A stretch of 32,000 nucleotides of DNA from Vibrio vulnificus CMCP6. GTDB taxonomy: Bacteria; Pseudomonadota; Gammaproteobacteria; Enterobacterales; Vibrionaceae. The notes beneath the pieces are model-generated. The model did not search any database, had not been told where the DNA came from, and worked only from the letters and a program-made list of their open reading frames with translations. Position numbers and translations under genes: made by a program. Location of the stretch: assembly GCF_000039765.1 (NCBI RefSeq), contig NC_004460.2, forward strand, positions 780,001-812,000, read 5' to 3'. Shown piece after piece: positions 19,212-32,000 of this stretch. The first letter of the stretch is position 1, and every line of letters begins with the position of its first letter.

Positions 19212-19688
19212 TTACGAGAACTGACTATTGAGTGCCACATACATGGCATTGGTTTCTTTCCAACCCGCTAAGCGATGATTGGCGACGTAGTGATACTGAG
19301 TCTGAAGTGCTTTACGAGCAATGGCACAGAAAACATTGACATGAACGTTTGGTAGCGCATCTGGGCTTGCGTGCCCATCGCCAAACATCAAAGGCGTTGT
19401 GTCGGATGCGTTTTCTTCTCGCTGAGAGACGTTCCAGCGACCTGCGTTGAGAATACCTGCAGCGTCTGTTTTGAAGTGGGATTCTGATACTGGCAGTGGT
19501 GAAGAGTCTGATTCTTCGCTCTGCGTTGTTTCTTGTGTCGTGTGGCCGATTTGGTGTTTGAGCACCGTAAATTGACCATTTGATGCATGATTACGCTGAT
19601 TGCTCTCTGCAATAGATGCAATCACTTCCACTGGCATCATCACCAATGTAAGCAGTAAAGCAAATAATCGCAGTAAGCTGTTGTGCAT
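19212..19688 (-). CDS. Uncharacterised small exported or membrane-anchored protein
   Basis: From internal ATG at 19688: MHNSLLRLFALLLTLVMMPVEVIASIAES..., one N-terminal hydrophobic segment, ends just upstream of secD. No family recognised. Confidence 0.65.
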   Translation of the reverse strand: MHNSLLRLFALLLTLVMMPVEVIASIAESNQRNHASNGQFTVLKHQIGHTTQETTQSEESDSSPLPVSESHFKTDAAGILNAGRWNVSQREENASDTTPLMFGDGHASPDALPNVHVNVFCAIARKALQTQYHYVANHRLAGWKETNAMYVALNSQFS

Positions 19689-19823
19689 AACTCTTCTCTG
19701 AAGATCAAAAAGAGCAGGCAAGTTTGCCTGCTCTCGCATAGTATGCCCGGATGTGATTTAGCTCAACTAAAAAGTTCTAAAAGTTAACCCTATAAAAGCC
19801 GACCGACCAATAAGGTACGCTGA

Positions 19824-20483
19824 TTATCGATAAAAAATCTCGCCCGTTTGTACATCGAGATAAATCTTGTTTTCTTGGGCTAACCCCCCGCAGTAGATGA
19901 AATAGACATCCCTATTCTGAAACGTCACCGATCGCACCCAACCACCTAGCTCCTCAAAGTCCTCGGGTTTGCAGGTACCGTCGTTAAGCAACATCTGAGT
20001 GTATTTTCGATAAACATCGCGATGTTCTTTTAAATCATCAGACTTAACAAGGTAACCATCTAAGATCTCTAAGCGCTCCATTTCTTCGATGACCGGTTTC
20101 GCGTCAGAGAGCTTTGTCATGTCGACCCACTCTGCCCTTTCTTCACCACCCTCTTCGTAAACTAGATAGTCGGAAATTCTTCCCCAGCCATTTTGCTTTT
20201 CAAGAATGGTGATCTTCTCGCCTTTATACAACGCATCAATAATCAGCGCTTGCGGCTCCGGTTTATTCCTCACATCAATTCGGCGCTCAATAACGTAATA
20301 GTCGGTGATTTCAGGCTCGGGGGCTGGCAGTTCCATGATTGGCTGTGGTTTTTCGGGGACAATTGGCTCCTCTACCGTTTCAACATTTTCTTCATCATCT
20401 GGCTGCATAAAGAAAACGTAGTAACCTGCCCCACCACCAATCAGCAGTAAAACAACAATCAATATGATCATGATTTTCTTCAT
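19824..20483 (-). CDS. Membrane-anchored protein with a bacterial SH3-like domain
   Basis: 219 aa; N-terminal TM (IMIILIVVLLLIGGGAGYYVFF), acidic/proline linker, SH3_3-like segment (YYVIERRIDVRNKPEPQALIIDALYKGEKITILEKQNGWGRI). Confidence 0.75.
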   Translation of the reverse strand: MKKIMIILIVVLLLIGGGAGYYVFFMQPDDEENVETVEEPIVPEKPQPIMELPAPEPEITDYYVIERRIDVRNKPEPQALIIDALYKGEKITILEKQNGWGRISDYLVYEEGGEERAEWVDMTKLSDAKPVIEEMERLEILDGYLVKSDDLKEHRDVYRKYTQMLLNDGTCKPEDFEELGGWVRSVTFQNRDVYFIYCGGLAQENKIYLDVQTGEIFYR

Positions 20484-20638
20484 GGATTCTTACCACCCTT
20501 CTTATGACTCAATGGTTTGGGCTTGCTAAACGGATGTCTATTTTGCCAGTTATTTGAGTATCGTTCTAATTAAGCACACCAATAGTTCTCACAAAATCAC
20601 ATATACTGTATAGCACAGCCCACCATTTACTCTCGATT

Positions 20639-21202
20639 ATGGTTAAGTGCGCTCTGATTGCATTATCATTGATGGTGTTTTCTATCCCTCTCACTGCAGC
20701 GAGTCAGTGTAATCCGCATGGCTGGAAAACATTGCAGGACAACCAAATCGAACTTGAAGGCTATTACAATACAAGAGCCACGCAATACAACACGTTACTC
20801 GCCATCCATAAACAACGTCGGCTACTCTCACAACAATTTACCTTAGATGAGTTGGTCCAACTGTGGAACCACGCGGACAGAGTCCACTATCGCGAATTTG
20901 AGCAGCAGATACGTAGTGCTCGGCAATACGCCAACGCCGTCAGCTCTCTCAAAGATCAGTTGATTGAGAAAAAAACGCAAGCACTAAGCATAGGAAGCCA
21001 GTGGTACTCCATGGCTAACGCCTGTAAACAAGCTAAGAGAACCGCCAACTTTAATTCCGCGCTTTGGTATAGTGCTTCATCCAACGATCTGGCTAACGAT
21101 TTCTCTCATTTAGAACAAAAATTCACCCAACTCGGAAAAATCTATGAGAAAGAAGCACGCCAACTAGAGACCGCACAACTCTATGCTGAGCAGGCAAAGT
21201 AA
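20639..21202 (+). CDS. Uncharacterised secreted helical protein
   Basis: 187 aa with signal peptide MVKCALIALSLMVFSIPLTAASQ; mostly helical Q/L/A-rich mature part. Confidence 0.7.
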   Translation: MVKCALIALSLMVFSIPLTAASQCNPHGWKTLQDNQIELEGYYNTRATQYNTLLAIHKQRRLLSQQFTLDELVQLWNHADRVHYREFEQQIRSARQYANAVSSLKDQLIEKKTQALSIGSQWYSMANACKQAKRTANFNSALWYSASSNDLANDFSHLEQKFTQLGKIYEKEARQLETAQLYAEQAK

Positions 21203-21347
21203 CTTAGAAGATCACCGACTCATATGTGCGCAAATTTTAAGCAAACAGATGAAAAATAGCGACGCAGCTCACAATAATTCTTTACTTATGCCGATTTTTT
21301 GAGTAATTTACTATTCATAAATTTTCATAAAACATAACAATTGGCTG

Positions 21348-21596
21348 GTGAAAATGCAAAACGACATGGTTTTCAAGTGGTTGAGTCACATGGATAGTCA
21401 AAACGTTACAAAGAGCAAGTTACTTTCAGTAGTTAGGCACGTCAAAGAGTATGGATCAATTAACGATCTCGAGTTATGTAAGATCTTTGGCGAGACCATT
21501 TGGAGTGATGGGGGCGAATATCATTCAGCTGCTTTCTCATTCCGAATTGATCAACAAACCGGCAATTGCGAGATCTCTCAAATTCGCAGCTATTAA
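21348..21596 (+). CDS. Hypothetical protein
   Basis: 82 aa ORF immediately followed by a plus-strand terminator. Confidence 0.6.
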   Translation: MKMQNDMVFKWLSHMDSQNVTKSKLLSVVRHVKEYGSINDLELCKIFGETIWSDGGEYHSAAFSFRIDQQTGNCEISQIRSY

Positions 21597-21612
21597 GAAA
21601 CAGTTACTAAAG

Positions 21613-21637
21613 CGGAGCCCAAAAGGCTCCGTTTTTT
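21613..21637 (+). terminator. Rho-independent terminator
   Basis: CGGAGCC-CAAAA-GGCTCCG-TTTTTT. Confidence 0.9.
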
Positions 21638-21715
21638 ATTGCTCAATCGATGTCACAATCTATCTTTGTGTAACAGAGAGATGCCGTCATCACGGTGGCG
21701 AGACAATCAACTCAG

Positions 21716-22177
21716 TTAACTTAATGAGTAGATCGGCACTCGTTGTGACTCTTTTACCTTGCGGATAGCCAAATGAGTATGGATATCCTTAACGTTTTGT
21801 AGACGTTGTAGCTTACGAGTAAAAAGCTCATAACCTTCCAGATCCCTCGCCACCACTTCCAGCAAATAATCATACGCGCCAGACACTACATGGCAACTGA
21901 CCACTTCATCCATGGCCACAATAGCTTGCTCAAAATCGTCAATCGAAGCGACTTGGTGATTGTTTAAACTTACTTCGACAAACACACTCATAGCGATCCC
22001 AACTCGTTCACGAGCCACTGAAGCATGATAGCCACGAATAATTTTATCTTTCTCTAGCCTCTTAATGCGACGTGCACAAGGCGAGGGAGAGAGCCCCACC
22101 TCCTCGGCAATTTCCGCAGCCGTCAATTGGGCATTTTTTTGCAGCAATTCCAAAATTCGTTTATCAATCCTATCCAT
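21716..22177 (-). CDS. Lrp/AsnC family transcriptional regulator
   Basis: MDRIDKRILELLQKNAQLTAAEIAEEVGLSPSPCARRIKRLEKDKIIRGYHA plus RAM domain; start chosen at internal ATG 22177. Confidence 0.93.
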   Translation of the reverse strand: MDRIDKRILELLQKNAQLTAAEIAEEVGLSPSPCARRIKRLEKDKIIRGYHASVARERVGIAMSVFVEVSLNNHQVASIDDFEQAIVAMDEVVSCHVVSGAYDYLLEVVARDLEGYELFTRKLQRLQNVKDIHTHLAIRKVKESQRVPIYSLS

Positions 22178-22219
22178 TACCTTGCCATTTATCATCACTA
22201 GACCAAGAACAATTAGCAA

Positions 22220-22263
22220 TTTTTGGCATTTATATAATAACTAAAGACATATTTTGCCAAAAA
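22220..22263. promoter_or_regulatory. Interrupted palindrome in the AsnC-type regulator / EamA exporter divergent promoter
   Basis: TTTTTGGCA (22220-22228) and TGCCAAAAA (22255-22263), 26-nt spacer. Confidence 0.5.
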
Positions 22264-22324
22264 ACATTACTAACAATAGCTGATAATTAACATTTATTTA
22301 ACTTATTTCTTCGCAAGGTATTTT

Positions 22325-23299
22325 ATGTTGCTTGGGTATCTGGCTATTGGTGCCACCTTACTGCTTTGGTCGGGCTTTTTTCTCTCTCTGAAAGGTGGAG
22401 CAATCTCTGCATTGCAACCTGCGGATATCGCATTTACTCGCTTTGTTGTTCCTATGATTTGCCTGTTGCCGATTGTGGTTAGAACAAGGCGAAGCGTCGC
22501 TTCTGTGCCATTTCGTTATTGGCTCGGCATGTTTGTAGGAAGCGGCTTGCCTTATTTGCTTGTGGCAGGAACTGCGATGCAGTTCGTTCCTGTATCGCAC
22601 GGCAGCGCACTCGTGCCAGGCACTCTTCCCCTATTTGTTACTGGCATTGCTGTCTTGCTCTTTAAGCAACCGTTAAGCCAACACCGTGTTATTGGCCTTA
22701 GCTTGGTGGTCGTTGGGATTGGTTTATTTCTTGTCCCTCATTTGGGTCTTTATCAAAATCAACTTAACGCCAACGGTCAGGAAACCACAGGGCATTTATT
22801 GTTCCTAGTGGGCAGTTTGATGTGGGCAATATTTACCATTTGCGCTCGAGTCGCTAACCTCAATCCTCTTGTTGCATCTGGTGTGATCGCTTTCGCTTCG
22901 ATGCTGTTACTAGCCATATTGGTTAATTTGGGCATGCTGGATAGCTATCTCCTTAACACATCAATCCGCCAATGGCCTTGGTATGAACTCTTTGGACATC
23001 TGCTTGTTCAGGGTATTGGAGCAGGTTTGTTAGCCGCGTTCACTTACCTATACGCCGTTAAAATTCTCGGCGCAGAGCGCAGTGCGGCATTTGGCAGTGC
23101 GACCCCGGTATTAGCAACTCTCTTGGCGATTCCTATTTTTGGTGAGTATCCAGATCCCCTAACTTGGATTGCCCTGTTCGTGGTCAGCTGCGGAAGTCTC
23201 ATTGCAAGTAATGTATTTATGCGGCATGACTCATCAATGGACTACCGACCACCACAACACCATCAAGTCAAACCATCAAGTGAAAGCTCGGTACCTTAA
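22325..23299 (+). CDS. EamA/DMT family transporter
   Basis: 324 aa, about 10 TM segments, two EamA-like repeats (FTRFVVPMICLLPIVV; AERSAAFGSATPVLATLLAIPIFGEYPDPLTWIALFVVSCG). Confidence 0.9.
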   Translation: MLLGYLAIGATLLLWSGFFLSLKGGAISALQPADIAFTRFVVPMICLLPIVVRTRRSVASVPFRYWLGMFVGSGLPYLLVAGTAMQFVPVSHGSALVPGTLPLFVTGIAVLLFKQPLSQHRVIGLSLVVVGIGLFLVPHLGLYQNQLNANGQETTGHLLFLVGSLMWAIFTICARVANLNPLVASGVIAFASMLLLAILVNLGMLDSYLLNTSIRQWPWYELFGHLLVQGIGAGLLAAFTYLYAVKILGAERSAAFGSATPVLATLLAIPIFGEYPDPLTWIALFVVSCGSLIASNVFMRHDSSMDYRPPQHHQVKPSSESSVP

Positions 23300-23440
23300 C
23301 TCTTAACTCTTAACTCTCAACTCTGGGCTTCGTAACAGTTCACGAAACATGACAAAAGTCGCCCGCATCGCAGTGATGCCCTTTGTATATCAGGCCCCGA
23401 GGTTTATAGTTTAGGGAGTTGATTTTGAAAGTGAAGAAAG

Positions 23441-24096
23441 ATGCCTTCGACTTACACCAAGGATGATATCCACCGGTTTGTAAAACCGGGGATGCGACTC
23501 AATGCGACCTTTGAATTTGGCCCACAAGACTCATTAACCTTGCCTGCGTTTTTTGTTGGCCTAAAAGCTGGTCAGTATTTGATCATCGACTTAGCGGATA
23601 AGGAAGAACTGCTCCTGCGCAAACTCGACAACGTCGATGTGATTTTACGCGGGATCGCGGATACGGAACTTGGCCATGTGGTTGCCTTTAAAACCAGCGT
23701 ATTATCGACCATCAGCAAACCAGACTTCTTGCTGTTTCTCCGCTTTCCGGCCACGTTGGCAACCAAACCCATTCGTGAACACGAACGGTATAAGATCGAT
23801 CTGGCATGCACCCTCAATCACAATGGAAACTTGTATGAAGGCCGTATGAGTGATTTTTCACTCTCTGGTTGTGCCTTCTTTACGCTTGTCGAACCCGAAT
23901 TTAAAAAAGGCGACATCGTGAAGCTTGAGTCCACCCTGAATCGTTTTCTTTCAGCAGACAACGGAGCAAAAGTGGCCAGCATTCGTAAACTTGCCAATGG
24001 TTGGTCAATCGGAATTAAGTTTGAGAAGTCGGTTTTACTTAGCCAAGAGCTGAAAAGAGAGCTACTTGAACTCTCTTTTCATGCCGGATTATTAGG

Positions 24097-24100
<4 letters not shown>
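23441..24100 (+). CDS. PilZ-domain (putative c-di-GMP-binding) protein
   Basis: 219 aa; C-terminal PilZ motifs REHERYKIDL and DFSLSGCAFF; N-terminal YcgR-like domain. Confidence 0.85.
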
Positions 24101-27767
<3,667 letters not shown>

Positions 27768-27900
27768 TTAATTATCTTTTTTGTTTTTCTGTGTAGCCTG
27801 ACCGTGTAAAGAGTATCGCGAATTGTGAGCCGATACCAGATTGGATTTCAGTTGGGTTTCAAAACTTTTGCGTTTTTGACGCTTAGTGTTATCAATAAAC

Positions 27901-27925
27901 AAAACCGCCAAATATTGACGGTTTT
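27901..27925 (-). terminator. Probable terminator downstream of the TraF-like gene
   Basis: AAAACCGCCA-AATAT-TGACGGTTTT (one G-T/C mismatch); T-rich tract follows on the minus strand. Confidence 0.65.
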
Positions 27926-27953
27926 GCTCGGCGGCTCTCACCCATAAATTTGC

Positions 27954-29130
27954 TTAGAAAGTGAACGCTAAATTACCCGATACACCAAATTGGTTTTCAC
28001 CTGCATAGCTACCCGCAATGTCGAGGCTAACGACATCAAAGGGACTAATACCAATACCGGCTGTGAAGGCGTTTTCGACCGTGTCTTCTAGGTCAATTTC
28101 GTAACCCGCGCGCAACTGAGCCCAGCCCCATGCGTTGCCTTCCACCCCAAAACGCACAAATTGGGTTTCATCATCAAGCGACTTAAAACGCTCTTGTTTG
28201 GTCAAATCCAAATCCATCGCAGCGGTAAAGAAATCTGAGCGGTAAGCCACGCCAGCAGAAACTTGTGTATTCAGCTCATACACATCTTGCTTTTGGCCAT
28301 TTTTGTCTTTCAAATCTATCTCTTGGCTCAATAAATCTTTCACCGCAAGCGCAACCTGAAATTTATCCTTTAACCACACCACGCCGAAATCCAAGTTAAA
28401 AGCACTTTCTTTATGCTCGCTCTCTTCGTAATCATCTAACTCAAAGTCAGCCACGGTTGGAACAACATAGTAGGTAGTCAATTGTTGGATTTTGGGTGTG
28501 ACACCGAAAGAGATTCGTTGCTCTTTAATCTCGAACTCTTTTGCCAAAGCCGCACCGTACTCAACATAACCGAAAGCCGCCATCGTCACCGATGAGTCTT
28601 CGTATCTTTTTTTAGTATCTGCGACCTCATTCCCAGGCCCTGTACTTAAGTAATCAGCGATGTTTGGCCTCGCTATCAACTCCAAATAGCCACGTGCAAA
28701 TAGATTGGTTGAGAATCGTTTGGTGGGAATCGCCACTGCCAACCCTAAGCTACTGCTTGCGGTAAGAGGAGCATTTCCTTGAAGATCGTCAAGATAACGG
28801 TTTAACTGGTCGATTTGGCCTGGAGAAGGTATGAGGGCCGCCTCAAATTCGTCAATTGAGTCTTGGAGATCGTCAATGGTTGCCAAGCTTTCATCACTGT
28901 CTCGAACATTGACACCAATAGCTGGCAAAAGCAGGCCAAAATCATCATGTTCTTCAAAACTGGCGACCAAAGCGGGATTATAGAAGGGGGCGGTAAGATA
29001 ATCAGCGGAGGCGACACCGGGTATTTCCCATACCACTACCGCGTCCATCTGCGACATGATTCGCTGCCAAAGAAGGGAGCGCCATCATAGACAAACCGAC
29101 TGCCACTGCAATTTTGTTCAGACGTTGCAT
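27954..29130 (-). CDS. TraF-like (chromosomal, conjugal transfer TraF family) outer-membrane/periplasmic protein, with an apparent 1-nt frameshift near the N-terminus
   Basis: The track ORF starts MSQMDAVVVWEIPGVASADYLTAPFYNPALVA and lacks a signal. ATG 29130 (RBS AAGGAT) encodes MQRLNKIAVAVGLSMMALPSLAANHVADGRGSGMGNT in another frame, which joins GVASADYLTAPFYNPALVA if one C is removed. Confidence 0.75.
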
Positions 29131-29206
29131 TGTATTCAATCCTTGTAGTTATTTGTCGTCTAAATATTAGTAAAGACTTAACAAAATTACATTCAGATTA
29201 ATGATA

Positions 29207-29503
29207 TCAATCGCAAAATTTATCTAATTGCAGTAATAGATCACCTTTTACTAGGCGCTCTTTATCTTGTTTGCGCAAAGTTTTGATGTGGCGCTCTAGT
29301 TTCAGTGCCATACTTTTGCTGCCCACAGGTACACTCCAAACCAATTCTAATGGGCCTTTGCCTTTCAGCGCTTTTGCCCCTTTGCCTTGTTGGTGCATAC
29401 AAAAGCGTCGCTCTACATTATTGCTGATGCCGCAATAGAGCGCGTTAAGTCGTGTCCTGATCAGATAAACGGACCAATCAGGGCACGGTTCGGGAAGAGA
29501 CAT
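29207..29503 (-). CDS. GIY-YIG nuclease superfamily protein
   Basis: 98 aa; WSVYLIRTRLNALYCGISNNVERR...HQQGKGAKALKGKGPLELVWS. Confidence 0.9.
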   Translation of the reverse strand: MSLPEPCPDWSVYLIRTRLNALYCGISNNVERRFCMHQQGKGAKALKGKGPLELVWSVPVGSKSMALKLERHIKTLRKQDKERLVKGDLLLQLDKFCD

Positions 29504-30165
29504 TAGAGAAGTGAGTTCACAAGTGACTTCAGTTCAGCAAGCTCTTGCTTCAATGCTTCCACTTCTGCTTCTAAATGAGCGACACGCTCATCATCAAACT
29601 GCGGAGTACTTGATGCTGTCATTAGAGCCGAACCTTGAAATGCATCGAGATCCACTTCGCCACAGAACTGATGCATATAACGTGATTCACGCTTACCAGG
29701 CTCAATAGGTAGCTTAACCACAAGCTGACCACGCTCTTCGCTCGCCAACTTATCTAATACGGTTTCGACTTCTTTAACATCTGCAAAGGTCGCCAAACGA
29801 TTGGTGCGCGTTCTCAACTCTCCCGGTGTTTGTGGCCCACGCAGCAACATACAACAAACAATGCCTTTTTCTTGCGCAGACAACTTGAGATCACCAAATT
29901 CCGTATTGCAGAATCGATGTTGATACTTGCTCACACGGCTATTAAAGCCACTTTCATCACTGACTAGACGACGTGAAATCAGTTGGTCGACAGCATCAAG
30001 AACTTCAGATTCCGACAAGGACATCACAGGCTCGCGATTACTCTTCTGATTACAGGCATTGGTCAATGCATTTAAGCTCAATGGATATTGGTCTGGCGTT
30101 GTGACTTCTTTTTCGATTAAACAACCAATGACACGGGCTTCAATGGGGGTCAACTCAGTTCTCAT
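29503..30165 (-). CDS. YceH family (DUF480) protein
   Basis: MRTELTPIEARVIGCLIEKEVTTPDQYPLSLNALTNACNQKSNREPV; start trimmed to ATG 30165 (RBS AGGAGAAG). Confidence 0.9.
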   Translation of the reverse strand: MRTELTPIEARVIGCLIEKEVTTPDQYPLSLNALTNACNQKSNREPVMSLSESEVLDAVDQLISRRLVSDESGFNSRVSKYQHRFCNTEFGDLKLSAQEKGIVCCMLLRGPQTPGELRTRTNRLATFADVKEVETVLDKLASEERGQLVVKLPIEPGKRESRYMHQFCGEVDLDAFQGSALMTASSTPQFDDERVAHLEAEVEALKQELAELKSLVNSLL

Positions 30166-30230
30166 GTTGCTTCTCCTTATATATTTTCTTGCTTCACCAT
30201 AGCACGTTTCTAACCCCACATTGCAATGGG

Positions 30231-30440
30231 TTAATGCTCGGATATGAGAGTGAACTTGGTCAATTTGCCGTTTTCATCCACAACGACAATTTTGGAACGA
30301 TTCAATTCGACTTCGATGGTTTCGAGCTTCACTCTTTCATCGATGTAAGCAGATTTGAGCTTGAAGCTGGTTTTGGGGCACTCTTCGAGCACTTGCTCAT
30401 CGAAGATTTGCTCATCAAGTTGGGAACCATCGGACTTCAT
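30231..30440 (-). CDS. Hypothetical protein
   Basis: 69 aa ORF in a gap with no competing ORF; no family recognised. Confidence 0.45.
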   Translation of the reverse strand: MKSDGSQLDEQIFDEQVLEECPKTSFKLKSAYIDERVKLETIEVELNRSKIVVVDENGKLTKFTLISEH

Positions 30441-30709
30441 ACTACTTGTCTATCATGCAGGTTTACTAAGTTGGCGCAGATAATATCTCTTTATGGGTCA
30501 GAAAGACAATTGCCTCGTTTTGAAGTGGCTTTTTCTTGACCAGACAAGCATTCGATTGATCTAAAGACTGTTATGAGTATGTATGATGTGCTTTAATCTC
30601 TGCAGGGTATGTTCGAGAATCACTTCAAGATGCTGATAAGAATGATCAAACACGCATCCTGAAGTTATTTTGCAATTTATCATTCACTTTTATTGAAGGT
30701 AAGGGACCT

Positions 30710-31024
30710 ATGAATACCGTATTTGAAATTGTTTCTCAGGCGCGCCGTAAGAACAAATTGAAACGTGAACTACTAGACAATGAAAAGAAAGTTCGCGATA
30801 ACCGCAAGCGTGTTGAGCTACTTGAGAACCTACTGGACTACATCAAGCCAAACATGTCTCAAGATGAGATCATGACCATTATTAAGAACATGAAAGCCGA
30901 TTACGAAGATCGCGTTGATGACCACATCATCAAAAGTGCAGAGATTTCTAAAGCACGCCGTGACATCAGCCGTCGTATTCGCGAACTCACCGAAGAAGAC
31001 AAGCAAGCAAGTGGCAAGAAATAA
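30710..31024 (+). CDS. DUF496 / YeeX-like protein
   Basis: 104 aa charged helical protein ([74 protein letters not shown]). Confidence 0.85.
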   Translation: MNTVFEIVSQARRKNKLKRELLDNEKKVRDNRKRVELLENLLDYIKPNMSQDEIMTIIKNMKADYEDRVDDHIIKSAEISKARRDISRRIRELTEEDKQASGKK

Positions 31025-31050
31025 GCCACAGCTTCAGCGATAACATCTCA

Positions 31051-31074
31051 GCCTCGCCATTTGCGGGGCTTTTT
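31051..31074 (+). terminator. Rho-independent terminator
   Basis: GCCTCGC-CATTT-GCGGGGC-TTTTT (one T-G pair). Confidence 0.8.
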
Positions 31075-31195
31075 CTTTGTCGCGTTTTGCTACCCCCAAA
31101 AGGTATTCATCCCCCAATGAATACCTTTCCTAACTATTAGGTTATTAATTTATCTTGCGCTAGACTAGCGATGGGTTCTGATTCAAACATTCGAT

Positions 31196-32000
31196 ATGAC
31201 AACTTCTAACACTTCTCTCGCTCGCCAACTTTTTACTATGACATGGCCAATGTTATTTGGTGTGCTCTCTTTAATGAGCTTTCAATTGGTTGACAGTGCC
31301 TTCATCGGGCAATTAGGTATACTTCCTTTGGCTGCACAAGGGTTTACCCTACCGCTGCAGATGGTCATCATCGGTATTCAAGTGGGTTTAGGTATTGCGA
31401 CGACTGCCGTCATCTCCAAAGCGCTAGGTGCAGAAAAACTTCAGTACGCTCGTCAACTCGCAGGGCTTATTTTGCTCATTGGTGCCGTAGGTGTGGCTCT
31501 GGTCTGTGTGATCATCTGGTTTTTACGACATGTGATTTTGTCGCTACTTGGGGCACCTGAAAGTGTCTATGCCGTCATCGACGCGTATTGGCCCTATTGG
31601 CTTATCAGCGCTTGGGTCGGCGCTATGCTTTATTTTTTCTACAGTATCTGCCGCTCGAATGGCAATACTATGCTGCCAGGCACCATGATGATGCTCACCA
31701 GCGGCTTAAACCTAGTGCTAGATCCGCTGTTTATTTTTACTTTCGATCTCGGTATCAATGGCGCCGCTCTGGCAACTATTGTAGCTTTTGGTATAGGGAT
31801 TATGATCGTCGCTCCGAAAGTGCATCGTCACTCATGGGTCAGCTTTGATCGTCATGATCTGGATGTCGTTAACAGTGTGAAAGCCGTTGGCCATATTATG
31901 GGACCAGCGATGATCAGCCAGTTGCTCCCGCCTCTCTCTTCGATGCTGGCGACCAAACTCATCGCGGGTTTTGGCACAGCAGCAATTGCATCATGGGCGC
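31196..32000 (+). CDS. MATE family efflux transporter, truncated by right window edge
   Basis: Hand translation from ATG 31196: MTTSNTSLARQLFTMTWPMLFGVLSLMSFQLVDSAFIGQLGILPLAAQGFTLPLQMVIIGIQVGLGIATTAVISKALGA..., open to 32000. Not in the ORF track. Confidence 0.9.
   Translation, partial: MTTSNTSLARQLFTMTWPMLFGVLSLMSFQLVDSAFIGQLGILPLAAQGFTLPLQMVIIGIQVGLGIATTAVISKALGAEKLQYARQLAGLILLIGAVGVALVCVIIWFLRHVILSLLGAPESVYAVIDAYWPYWLISAWVGAMLYFFYSICRSNGNTMLPGTMMMLTSGLNLVLDPLFIFTFDLGINGAALATIVAFGIGIMIVAPKVHRHSWVSFDRHDLDVVNSVKAVGHIMGPAMISQLLPPLSSMLATKLIAGFGTAAIASWA

Noticed and set aside
23300-23440. Possible riboswitch/structured 5' UTR upstream of the PilZ gene
   Set aside because: Only a short GCATC-GCAGT-GATGC hairpin could be seen; it does not match a riboswitch class that I can recognise by eye.
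31588-31848. Plus-strand 86 aa ORF listed in the track
   Set aside because: It is an off-frame ORF inside the MATE transporter gene, whose frame is continuous from 31196 to the window end.

Overview
This looks like a contiguous chromosomal region from a Vibrio, probably the V. vulnificus lineage and chromosome II; the species call is inferred from gene content and I have no database match. From left to right it contains: (1) a sialic-acid catabolism/transport locus (two tandem NanM-like kelch genes, nanR, nanA, the TRAP transporter siaMQP, and divergent nanE-nanK-nagA); (2) an SgrR-like regulator; (3) a polyhydroxyalkanoate operon (phaB-phaA-phasin-phaC); (4) a SecD/SecF pair; (5) several uncharacterised secreted or anchored proteins; (6) a Lrp/AsnC regulator divergent from an EamA/DMT exporter; (7) a PilZ-like protein convergent with luxPQ; (8) a TraF-like outer-membrane protein, a GIY-YIG protein, a YceH-like protein, a DUF496/YeeX-like protein and the start of a MATE transporter. 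I see no convincing new defence or mobile system, no CRISPR and no IS element. The observations most worth following up are: four genes (siaP, phaB, secF, traF-like) that each carry an apparent single-base indel splitting an otherwise intact reading frame; a signal-less second NanM-like gene at the window edge that the ORF track misses; and a strong 16-bp-arm inverted repeat in the siaP/nanE divergent promoter that is a good NanR operator candidate.
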